Positions 26,585 to 38,600 of a DNA stretch of 64,000 nt are shown here, piece by piece. The DNA lies in contig JBHGNT010000008.1 of the NCBI GenBank assembly GCA_043228905.1, positions 930,001 through 994,000 on the forward strand. Reading direction: 5' to 3'. The notes below the pieces were generated by a model. It was not told where the DNA came from. It was given only the letters and a program-made list of their open reading frames with translations, and did no database searches. Made by a program: the position numbers and the translations under genes. Position 1 is the first letter of the stretch. Each line of letters starts with the position of its first letter. This stretch comes from Azolla caroliniana (lineage: Eukaryota > Plantae > Polypodiophyta).

Positions 26585-27752
26585 CGCTCACGCACGAAGT
26601 GGTAGTGCACTTCTATGTGCTTTGCGCGAGCATGGAATACGGGGTTCTTGGTGAGCTGCATGCTGCTTATGTTGTCGCAGTAGATCAGGATCGGGGTTGG
26701 CATCTCGATCCGCAGGTCTTGCAGCAATCGCCGAAGCCAAATGGCTTCACAGGTTGCAACGATAGCGCCCCGGTATTTAGCCTCAGTGCTCGAAAGGGCC
26801 ACTATTGGTTGCTTTTTGCTGCTCCATGCAACAACTGTGCTACCAAGGGAAAACATATAGCTAGAGGTGGGTCGGCGATCCGTTGCATCGCCAGCCCATT
26901 CGGCATCGGTGTAGCCGACTAGCTCTTCGGTTATTGCATGCCGGTATAACAGTCCCCGTTCCTTCGTGCCGCTCACATATCGCAAAATTCAATGCACGAA
27001 CAGAAGGTGCTCCACGGTTGGCTTCTACATATATTGGCTGATTACACCGACCGGATAACTGATGTCGGGTCGGGTGATTGTCAAATATATAAGGCTTCCG
27101 ACGATTTGTTGGAACCGCTTCTCATTGTAGGCTGGTCTGGAGTCAGGATAGAGCTTCTGGTTCTGGTCCAGGGGTGTGGGGATCGGTCGGCATTCCGTCA
27201 TGCCGAACTTGTACAAAATAGTCAACATATAGTGTCTCGTTGAGAGTAATATGTCGTCAGGGGTTCGGATCACCTCGATCCCAAGCAAATAGTGAAGGTC
27301 CCCCAGGTCCTTCATCTCAAATGCGTCCGACAGTTGGGACTTGACTCGGTTGATTTCATGGAGTCCGGGTACGATGATGACTAGATCATCAACATACAAT
27401 AAGATGCAAACCGCACCGTTCGGACCTTGCCGGATGAACAACGAAGAGTCAGACTTGGAGGCCGCAAACCCCATCTTATGCAACCGGTGCGTGATCTTCG
27501 CATTCCAAGCTTGGGGGGCTTGCTTCAGGCCATAAAGTGACTTCTTCAACCGGCATACCGCCGACTTGTTCATCTTCGTCTGGAAACCAGGAGGTTGGGT
27601 CATAAAGACCTTTTCTTCAAGATCGCCTTGAAGAAATGCATTCTTCACGTCCATCTGGTGAAGATGCACTCCCTTGCCGCAACAACCGCCAACACCACAC
27701 GAACCATCGTCATCTTCGCTACCAGAGCGAAGGTCTCGTCGTAGTGGATTCT

Positions 27753-28186
27753 GTGGGTCTGCACGTATCCCTTCGCCACTAACCGAGCCTTGTACCGGTT
27801 AATCGAACCGTCGACATTGTACTTTACCTTGTATACCCATTTACATCCGATCGATTTACAGTGCCGGGGAGGGTCAACTAGGTCCCATGTGTCGTTGGCA
27901 TTAAGTGCCCGCATTTCTTCCTCCATAGCAGCACGCCAATTTGCGTCCTTTGCTGCTTCTGCGTAGCCCGTGGGTCTGCGCGTATCCCTTCGCCACTAAT
28001 TGAGCCTTGTACCGGTTAATCGAACCGTCGACATTGTACTTTACCTTGTATACCCATTTACATCTGATCGGTTTACAGTGCCGGGGAGGGTCAACTAGGT
28101 CCCATGTGTCGTTGGCATTAAGTGCCCGCATTTCTTCCTCCATAGCGGCACGCCAATTTGCGTCCTTTGTTGCTTCTACGTAGCTC
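27753..28186. repeat. 217 bp tandem duplication inside Copia A at the RT start
   Basis: GTGGGTCTGC starts at 27753 and 27970. The MEEEMRALNANDTWDLVDPP...AKGY peptide appears twice. 217 is not a multiple of 3, so it frameshifts pol. Confidence 0.92.
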
Positions 28187-31036
28187 TCTGGCTCACGCAC
28201 TTCCGCCACCTTGGTCATGTATGCATAGTGATGCGCCATGTACTCATTGTACTCGTACCGCTTTACAGGGTTCTTCTGACGGGCAGACCGACATAACTTA
28301 TCGTTACCCAGTTTGAGGCCCTTCTTGGCCGATGCGGTCTTTGTTGCCGAAGATCCGCCTTCATCCTTTCCGGAGTTGGATTCGCCCCGATCCGACTCAA
28401 CGTTGCCGGTTTCGTATTCCGGCATCTTCTTCTTCCCTTTCTCTTTGTGCATTAACCGTCACCTTGGTTCCTTGCGTGGGGAGAGCACGATAGAGTCTCC
28501 ATTACTTGCCGGTTCCTCATCCGACTGGTCATCCCAACTCAGCCGCTCATTCGGTCCACTTAATCGAAATGAGTTCGGACTCTCTTCTAGAGTGCCAAGG
28601 TCTTCATCTTCTATCTGAACCGGTTCAAGCTCACTAGCCTCATCCTCCGGTATCGGGTCGAGGTCGGAAGTCGGAGTCGGTAAGGCATACCATGATGTCG
28701 TCTCATCAAACTCAACATCCCAGCTAACTCGGACCTGCTTCGTTCGGGGGTTATAACACTTATACCCCTTTTGCTCATGTGAGTAACCGATAAGGATACA
28801 TTTCTCCAACTTTGCATCTAACTTCCTCCGCTTCTCATCTGGCACATGCACATATGCAATGCTACCGAATATCCGAAGGTGTCTCAGATTCAGCTTGCAC
28901 CCGAAATACAGCTCATGCGCGGACACCTTGTCATCGATCCGGTTTTGGATGTAGACGGCCGTCCGGACCGCCTCCGCCCAGTAGAAGTGGGGCATGCTCT
29001 TCTCCTCCAGCATTGCCCGTGCCGCTTCTACAATTGACCGGTTCTTCCTCTCGGCCATACCATTTTGCTCCGGTGTGTATTTGCAACTGAACTCTCTCCG
29101 AATTCCTTTTTGCTACAGATAACTATTGAATTGGCCGGAAAAATATTCTTTTCCGCCATCCGACCGCAGGCACTTGATCTTTCTCTCCGTTTCCTGTTCC
29201 ACCAGGCTTTGCAGGTTCCAGAAACACTCGAAGACTTCACTCTTCCGCTCAATGAGATAGATCCAAGTGTGCCAGCTATAGTCGTCAATGAAGGAGACGA
29301 AGTATCGACTCCCGCCAAGATTAACGTTCTATACTGGTCCCCATACATCCGAATGAATAAGGTCGAGCTTGTTACGGGTACGGTTTCCTTCGGTAGGGAA
29401 TGGAAGCCGATGTTGCTTCTCGAGTTGGTAGGCTTCACAAATTTCGGCCTTCTGGCCGCTAAATTTCGGCAAACCAAAAACGACTAGTTTCATTTGCAGG
29501 TCTTGAAGCCTCTGGTAATTGACATGGCCGATCCGCTTGTGCCACAGGTCGATATCCGATTCGACCTTCTGTCCTTTGGTGAACAAAGTGATGTCGACGT
29601 CATTGGTGTCGAGGATGAACATCCTCCCGTCTCTGCGCCGTTGCACAATGATTTGGCCCTCTTCCTCGATGAAGAACTCGAGGTGCGTAAACCGCACCTG
29701 CATTCCCTGGTCGACAATTTGTCCAACCGACACCAGGTTCTTCGTGATGGTCGGAACGTGTAATACGTTCATCAGCTTCCCCCTTTGTCTGACGTGGCTC
29801 AAAGGGACTTCTCCGATATGCACGATTGGGTGTGGAGTGTCGTCTCCGGTTTCGACAACTCCTGGTTGTTCCGGTTTCTCCATGAAGGAGAACCACTCTC
29901 TGTGGCTCGTCATGTGATTTGACGCACCGGAATCAACGTACCACACTTCCTCCAATTTGGAAGTGGTCTTCTTCATCGAGTTAGCCTTGTGTTTCGTCTC
30001 CAAGGCTGGCCCTTTACCGGCTTTCCCGGTTTTTGATCCTCCCGATCCTTCAATGTAGTGCGAGTATTGCTGGTTCTCTCTACGGCCTTGCCGGATCCGG
30101 ATTTGTCCGAATCGGCGCGCTTCTTCCAACACTCGCTTTCTCTGTGGCCCTTTTTACCACAATATCAGTATTTCGTGTCGGCCTTTACTTGCCGACCTCC
30201 GGCGCCGCTTTGACTCCCCTTGCTTGTGGAGGATCCGAAACAGTTGTCGACACGTTCTCTGTGCCTTCGGTCCTGCTCTTGCCAGCCGCTACCATTGCGA
30301 GCCGACCTGCCTCATCCACCATGCCCACGGGGCCGATCCGACTCCGTGTACAGCATCCGGCTATCGGTGGGTGCACTTGTTGACGCACCGGCGTGGTTCT
30401 CCTCTACAATGAGCATCGACTGTAAGTCGAAAAATGACGGCATATTCTCCCTTGTACACACAACAATTCGAAACACTCTGAACTTCGACGCCAGTCCCCC
30501 GAGACAGATCTGCACGATCTCGCCTTCCTCGACGTTCACATCGATAGAGGCTAAGGAGTTGCATATCTCTTTGATCTTCGAGGTGTAATTAGCCACCGAC
30601 AAGTCGCGTTGTCGTAAGTTGCTCAGCTTCTGTTGGAGTTGAAGCTTCCTGGCTGTGGTGCTTGCGGCAAAAATCTTTTTCAGATTTCCCCAAGCATCCT
30701 TCAGTGTTTTCGCATCCCGAATATAGCTCAGAAGTTGTTCACCCACACAAGACATGAAGTAGTAGAGAACTCTGCTTGCCGACTGTTCTCAAACTAGGAA
30801 GTATTTGTGTGTCAAATCGGGTGTTGTGTCGTTTGCTCCATCGACATAGCTCCAATAACTGTGCCCGAGCAGGTACCGGTGCATCTTGTAAGACCAAGAC
30901 GCGTAGTTGTTTCCGTCGAGCTTCTCTGTTGGAAGTGAGCTAGCCATGCCTCTATCCATTTTGTTTTTCCTGTTCTTTACGAAGATTAGGTTTTCTTCTT
31001 GAGCTAAGGTCGGTTGCAGAGGTTCTCAACTCTCGC

Positions 31037-31048
31037 GCTCTAATACCA
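31037..31048 (-). promoter_or_regulatory. Primer-binding site (tRNA-iMet) of Copia A
   Basis: TGGTATTAGAGC on minus, one mismatch from the canonical TGGTATCAGAGC, adjacent to the LTR. Confidence 0.9.
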
Positions 31049-31453
31049 TGAAAAAGAATAGTGTGTGCGGAAGCAATAGAAAATAGAACACAGAAACACA
31101 GGTTTAATGGAAAGCTTGACAGTACGCGGGAGAGACAGAGAAAGAGCAGAACAACATTAATCTATTTCCAAACAATAATAGTTCTTTGTACATAAAACGT
31201 GCTCAACAACACTACTTATACAAGTCCTAAGAGGACTGACAGAAGTACGGTGTACTTCAATGCTCACTCGAGCGTCTGACACTAACTACGAGACTATTAA
31301 CTATCTAGTAGTCTAGGCTACTACTAGGCTTCCGGTTATTGTTTGATCCAACTAACCGGCTCCCTGGCTCACCGGCTCAATTGCTCACCGGCTCACTGAT
31401 CCAGCTCGGGCTTATTCAGCCGATTCGGATCCGGTTGAGCTTGCCACTCAACA
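31049..31453 (-). repeat. 5' LTR of Copia element A
   Basis: Direct repeat of 24965-25408 with TG...CA ends. Confidence 0.95.
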
Positions 31454-34400
31454 ACTCAGAGCCAGAGCTTATTTGGAAGCCAAATGCCGAATTCAAATGG
31501 ATTGCAAACGGGGAAGCCACTAGGTATCTGGGAATGTGGATTGGTGTAGATATCGACAAAGGAATTCAGTTGCAACATATTCAAAGTAAAATTTGTGACA
31601 AAATTCACAATTGGTCAGGGATGAGCTTATCATTGGCTGGCAGGATCATAGTAGCTAACCATGTGCTCTTGTCTACGTTATGGCATGTAGTTTCAGTGTG
31701 GATGTTTGACAAGCAAGCTATTCGTACTATTAAAGCGTGTATTAGGGGATTCCTATGGGTTGGGATCAGGAAAGACAACGCAGCAGCCAAAGTATCATGG
31801 TGTACGTTGGTTCTTCCCAAGAGTAAGGGGGGTTTAGGATTGATTGACCCTGGATTGCAGAGTCAGGCATTGTTATGTAAGCTATTGGTAAGGAACTTGC
31901 TACCCGGTAACAAGTTATGGAAAACATTGATACATAATAGGAGCATTCTCTGGAGTCCAAGACTAGGTGGGCAATGGAAGTCACACAAAGCATGGTTTTT
32001 TTGTATGGACTTAAAGTTGAGGAAATCTAACCGATTGGCTGATCGTACTTGTATGTCAGTGATGCAGGCGTGGAGTATGCTCCGTGGGCATCTAAGTCTG
32101 AATTGTCCAAATACTAGTGCTGAATGGATGTGCCAATCCCTATTGTGGAACGAGACCGTACAATCGCCAGAGGGAAAGATGCTTGGACAGAGCAAGCATA
32201 TGTCGTGGGCTATATTGTATTGTTTAGGGAGTCATTCAGTAGCAGATTGGATGTGGTTGTCCGACAGTAATTGTGATAAATTATATGAAGACGTGGGAAA
32301 GGTCAGAAATGGCAAAAAGATGCTTGACCTAGTCAATATAGTTGTCAACTCGCTTCCTATTGGTAATGAGGAAGAGGGTGAATGGTTCGGACAATGTCAT
32401 GATACCGGAAAAATTATCAATGTCAAGGGTCTAGGAAAGAATGGGAAGATCGTCTAGTTGGGATCAATAGATGAAAGTGCAAGCTGGTACCCAATTAGAA
32501 TTGTGGCAAGAGACGGAAAAAAATGGAAGGTGAATCCACTAGTCGAAAAGGTTGAGGAGGACTGGATCTTGTACGTGGTTGAAGGCAAACCTCTCAAGTG
32601 CTTAGAATGGGATCCCGCTGAATATATGTGGAAGAGAGAACAAGATAAATCATTAGGTTTCTTCGAATACTCGACGCACTTGGGGAGAAAGTTAGGTTGG
32701 TATCGTGAGAAGTGTGCCAACAAGTGGGCCCCTGTAGTTGTCGATTCAGTCTTTGTGGATAGAACCAGGAGCAGGATATGGACCTCTTCCCTTCCCGAAC
32801 GGGTCAAAGTGTTTTTCTGGTTAATCACCCATTGGGTTGTTCCAACGGGAGAGTGGCTTGGCAATAGTGGTGGCAGTAGTAGTTGCAAGGCCTGCACTGC
32901 GAGCTTAGAGGACATCGCACATTGTTTGTGGTGTTGCCCATGAACCCAAGAAATTTGGCTAAGGAGCTTAAGAATCTTGGCTTGGTTCGGGGTTGAGGTT
33001 CATGTATCGAGCACAACATTCACTTGGTTGGCCACTGAATTGGCTTCATGGTTTCAAGGGTGGAACATAAGTAGTCCTTCTTTAAAGGTGATGCAAGGAA
33101 CTGTACAACCAGCACAAGGAGGTTCATTCTTCTTACAAGAACGCTACGTGGACATATGGTTATTAGTGGCCGGCCTTACGGTTTGGCAAGTGTGGGTATC
33201 TAGGTGCAAGGAGACTTTCGCAGGTAAGCGAACCCCACCGGCCGAGAATTTAATGATGATCTGGTTTAATCTTATTTCTACGTTACGAGGAGAGTTTGAA
33301 AGTTTTTAAGGGCCCTCTGACGCAAGTGAAGAAGCTAGAGCTCGGTTCCTTCTTAAATGGAGCGGTTTGTCGATGCTGCATATGGTGGATGGTAAAGCGA
33401 AGTGGAATTATCAACCACCACGGTGGCTGTTCCCTACGAGTGTACCTAACATCTAGATGGGTGTTGCCATGAGAAGTGAGTGGAGGACGTCTATGCTGAA
33501 TTCGGGTTGTATGGGGCTCACATGGAGAGTATGCATTCGGGTAATGCTATGCTCATCGAATGATGTGGTGTTTTGGAGTTGGTTTTTGTTGTTTCCTCTA
33601 CACATATTGTTTTCTTTTGACATGCAAGGTGGCCTGTAAGATATGAGTTGTATATTATCCTATGTACATTGCCTTAACTAATGGAAGTAGTTTTTTTTTG
33701 GAAAAAAAAACAATATCTAGTGAATAACTTTCCAAATAGAAATCTTTTACATTCGTAGTAAAATTGGACTCAAAAATGCACAAGAAGAAACTGTTTAATT
33801 TACTTTCTTTTAGTTCATGCAAACATACGGTGTGTGAAATTTTGTAGAAAGTGTCAACTAATTTATATACAATGCTTGAAGTAAAATGTGAATTACTTTT
33901 CAAAAGCAATTTATGAATCGTGTTGTAAAAGCATATGTTCGTCCAAAAGACATTGATTGTTGTGGTAGATGATGGTGAGGAAATTTGTGTTAGGGTAATG
34001 GAATATTTGGATTTCAACTTGATGAATACGCAAATCATATGGCCCTCTAATCATATGGCCCTCTTTACATAACTGGATACACAAATTTGGAGGTATCATT
34101 GTTAAGATTTAATTTTGTATTGTTTTTGCAAACTTTGAAGTTCTATTCTTAAGATGATTTGCTATCGATAAAACTTGCACATTTTGGAAGTTTGCATGGT
34201 GTTATAGCCATAATTGTTGGGACAATCTAGTCTAATTTTAATAGTTTAAAGGTGGGATAAGTGGGAAACCCGTTATCCTAGGACTTGGGACAAACACTGT
34301 AAGGACAAATTACATGTGGGAAGGTGACTAACTACCCCCTTCGATACATCTTGAGTTGTCGTTGAGACTTTGTTGGTGAGACAAAGCTCCCATCTTTCAG

Positions 34401-35682
34401 ATACATTCATCTTAACATTCAAGGTATAACGTAAGGTAATATTGGTGGTATGGCATTTTATGTTTATCTATTGTCCATCCCTCATGGGTGTTTAGTGTGA
34501 TTAAGCACACTTATTCTTTTCTCAATCTAAATATTCATTGCTTATCATTAGTATTTCGATTCACAATATGTAGTCTCATAACTAATTTAGTGGATGTGGA
34601 TTGAAGGACTGGAAATGTCATCGTACACTCATTTGACAAAACTTGAAATATCTCAGTACACATTGATTGTGATGGATCGGTTTTGACCTTTGGTTCTTGT
34701 TGGTTAGTTAGTTTATTGTCTAGCAAATTGTTAACTGAGACAAAATATAAAATAAGTAGTAGGGAACCTTACCAATGACCATGTGTGATATTACAGAGAG
34801 GCAAACTTGCTTCTATATAAAATAGTTTGGAGCTCTTGTGTGTAAGCCTTCCAATGTTTTGCACTCATTGTTTCTTACTTATATTAATAATATTGGCAAT
34901 ATTACCATACATATAATAAAATTACATGTCCTCGATACTCAATAGTAAATTCTTACAAATTTCAATTGCATTATCACATTGCTACCATCTTAGACATTAT
35001 AGTGATGCTATATATATTTGATAAAATAAAAAAGGCAATTGCAAGTTCAAAATATACCTGTGGTATAGTTTCTTGATCTTAGAACAAAATTCCATATTGA
35101 TGTCACAGAATAATTGGGCATGAAGAATGTGAGGCAAATGATAGTTAGCCAAAGCATTATGGATGTCCAATGGGAACCATATCCACACCAGAACCATAGT
35201 TGGTTATTGGGCTTTTGAGTAAACCAAAAATATATCAAGGAGACAAGGAATGTGCACCAAAGTATGATTACTTAAAGAAAATCAATCACATAAAAAAAGC
35301 CTTCTCAAATATATGAATAATATGATATGGATCGCCCTTTAGAATAATAATACTATATGTTTTGAGCAAGGAAAAAATAACATGAAACAAGATTCAACAT
35401 CAGCAAGAACGCAAATAAGTTACCAACACAAGTTACGGGAAAACCTCCAATAATGACTCCATTCAATGAATATCAACCCATTCCAATACTGAACAAAATT
35501 GAGCAATTGCAACAAGATTCACTATCAAATAGAGTGCAAATGTGTTGTTACCCACAAGAGAATTGGAAAATTCCGGCAATAATGACCATGTTCAATGAAG
35601 GTTAACACATTACAATACTGCTATAAAGTGAACAATTGCATACAAGAAATAGCATAAGTAATTCTGTCACATGACTATCATG

Positions 35683-38600
35683 CTATGAACTACGAGTATA
35701 TAATAGAGGATCTCTATTAACATCTTTATAGAGTAAGTATCTTGTTCTTGTTCGACCAAGTGCACCATACCTGGGAATAAAAGGAGATGAATGTAAGAAA
35801 AGAAAAGAAAAGAAAAGAATTCTCATTAGTTCAGTTGAATGAGATTAAAAATATATGCATCATATATCCAGGCATGTTGTGAGATTTATGCTGTAAACCA
35901 TGTGCATGGAAAGTGGATAACTTATTCCCTAATTAGTTTTTTACATGGCTCAAAACTGATGGATAAAGATGGTTAGAAATTCCAATGCATGCAACCTACT
36001 ATCCAGAAATATAATGCAATCGCAAAACTTTGCACCCTAACCCAATGCCTGGACCAAAGCCGCGTGTATCAATTTGTTTATCTACTTGCAGGAACAAATC
36101 TTGATTCATTCCTCAAGACTCGGATTCTCAGTCTCTGCTCATTTCTTGTGACATTATATTTGGAGAAGCATAGATTAATACGTTTGGTTAGAAATTCTAA
36201 TGCATGCAGCCTATTATCCAGAAACATAATGCAATCGCAAAACTTTGCACCCTAACCCAATACCTGGACCAAAGACGCGTGTATCAATATGTTTATCTGC
36301 TTGCAGGAGCAAATTTTGATTCATTCCTCAAGACTCGGATTCTCAGTCTTCGCTCTTTTTCTTGTGACATTATACTTGGAGAAGCATAGATTAAAACGTT
36401 TGGTTAGAAATTCTAATGCATGCAGCCTACTATCCAGAAACATAATGCAATCGCAAAACTTTTCACCCTAACCCAATGCCTGGACCAAAGCCACGTGTAT
36501 CAATATGTTTGCCTACTTGCAGGAACAAATCTTGATTCATTCTTTAAGACTCGGATTCTCAGTCTTCGCTCTTTTTCTTGTGACATTATATTTGGTGAAG
36601 CATAAATTAATACGTTTTCTAGAGAAAGACTCAAGTTACATACCATTGTGGAACAAATGGTGCCATCCAAATAACATCACCAGCTTGAACTGGGTACCTA
36701 TTCAAAGTTAAAGTCTTCAGAATTTTAACATTACCATTCATGATTGTACTTCTGCTGAAATGAAACATGGTATAATGCATTCAATTGAAAGACTAAAGAA
36801 ATTACGTATCACGACCAACCCATATATGATATTATTCAGAATAGCAATGAACGATGACATTAGTCAGTTAAATTTTAAGCTCTCACAATTTTTTTAGTAT
36901 ATTAACACACATTAACACACAAAGTGAAACCGTTCTCCTTGGGTTTAGTTGGTATTATTAGAGATCCTAAAGGTTAGAAAGAGCCCTTTCACTATTTTCT
37001 AAGCTTTTACTATGCAATGACATTCTGTGTCCACAGAAAACAGAAACATCTGTAAGTATATCTATTTCCTCGAGGGCATGCTAAAATAAAATAGAGCTGA
37101 GCTTCAGCACATAAATCAGCAAAAAGTTCTATCAAGAGGAAAGTACAATGCAGAAGTTAAAATCTAGTTGGTTGACCGAAGAAGAAACTTTCACAGTGCT
37201 TACCAATTATCCCCAAGACGGTATATGCCACGGCCTTCAAGCATTAAAAGACCATGTTGATTATAATGCACTTCCTGTATGCCAAAGTAAAACATAAATA
37301 ATCCATTTTTTTATTCATTTCTCTATGGCATTACTATCATAAACTTATATTGTAAGGGATAATGCTAGTTCTGAAGAGAACGAAAGAAACATATATTGAC
37401 ATCTCTAAAGGACCCTTTCATGATCTCCATGGAGAGCGATGACCAGTTAATTCTCCGATTTTCTATACAAGTGATCGTTTTATAAAGTGCCTCCAGAACT
37501 ATTACAGCTGCTCCTCACCCAGCTCACAGTATCTCACGTGGTACTGATGTTTGGATCCTTATCATCCAACAAATCATTGCAACTAGTGACCTTTCCATGT
37601 TTCTCAAGTCTTCTGTGCATTGTAGATATGTGATCAACTGGGTCTTGTTGAGTTCAAGACTTTTGTTTTCTTGTCGACTCCAAAGTCATATTGAGCATAT
37701 GCTTTAGACCGAATGAAGTCACAAACAAACGTGAGATATATTCTATCATTACTCGATGGTGCATATTGAAGACTATGGTGACCATAGTGGGTCTTCATCC
37801 ACACCATACACCTTGGCACTATTTTGACGGGATGATCTACTCTCTTTGGAGTTTATGAATCCATCGAATCTTGAGCTCAAATCCCTTTTATGTTTACAGA
37901 CACAAGTCCTGTTTCTGGTTACAGACAGGACCTGTGTAGTTGGACTCAAACTCTCTATATCAGCTCGTTTTCATAATTATGTTATCACCCTACCATGGAG
38001 TTCCGCAAACTATTTGCATTTGCAATCTTATGGATGTGATGTCTGATGTTTTCCCAAATAAGAGAAATGTGATATTTCGTACAAAGCTTCAGGATTAATT
38101 ATTTCTATTAATCATCTGCCCATTGATAGCGACCAAATAGTGTACATTCAATTAAAATTGTTTTCAGACTTCAAAACCTTTCAATTCCTCACCAATCAAA
38201 GCATTTGGAAATTAAGAAACAGAGTTCTTAATTGAAAAACTTCATAGTTATTATACCTTCTATCTTATTTAGAGGATTAAAGCTGTTGACAAAAACCTAA
38301 TAACTAGAATGATGATAGCAAAAGCTCAATTACGACCACGATGTAGCAGGGACAAAATGAAGAAAAAAAGGATTTCTTGTTATCCTGAATGATAATTGCA
38401 TAATGTAACTGATGCTTACCTTCACATTCAAATATTCACCAGGTTGAAAATCCATGACCTGTCATATAAGATCAGTGAATAATTTGATATTCTCGCAAGA
38501 AAATGGTAAGAACGACTTCCATAAAAAACTTTGCATCCCGAATAAAAACTGCTGCGGAAATAATGTCCTAAAACTAAGTGACACCAAATCCATTTTTATG

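Larger units (their letters stand above)
25367..30958 (-). pseudogene. Copia gag-pol of element A (frameshifts, stops, internal duplication, foreign insert)
   Basis: ATG at ~30958 (MDRGMASSLPTEKLDG). ORF fragments at 30312-30755, 29329-30132, 28459-29058, 27901-28452, 27025-27669, 26446-26985 and 25367-26080. Confidence 0.9.
24965..31453 (-). mobile_element. Full-length but degenerate Ty1/Copia LTR retrotransposon (element A)
   Basis: 5' LTR 31049-31453, 3' LTR 24965-25408, PBS-Met TGGTATTAGAGC (31037-31048), PPT (25409-25419). Degenerate TSD GCTCG/ACTCA. Order is gag, protease (WYVDSGASNHMT), GAG-pre-integrase, integrase, RT (QMDVKNAFL, LLYVDDL), RNase H. Confidence 0.96.
24487..33710 (+). 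mobile_element. 5'-truncated L1-type LINE (RT to 3' UTR) split by a nested Copia element
   Basis: 13-bp TSD AACAATATCTAGT (24474-24486, 33709-33721). RT motifs RQGCPLAP and EFADDT lie left of the Copia; TRYLG, LSLAGRI, PKSKGGLG and the zf-RVT region lie right of it. The frame rejoins as KGF*ISSEPELIW across the insertion. Confidence 0.92.

Noticed and set aside
31339-31458. Novel N-terminus on the 372-aa ORF (MFDPTNRLPG...)
   Set aside because: Chance read-through from the Copia LTR into the interrupted LINE ORF2; not a separate gene.
35989-36711. Cluster of short similar ORFs resembling a peptide gene family
   Set aside because: They are translations of the 216-bp intronic tandem repeat.
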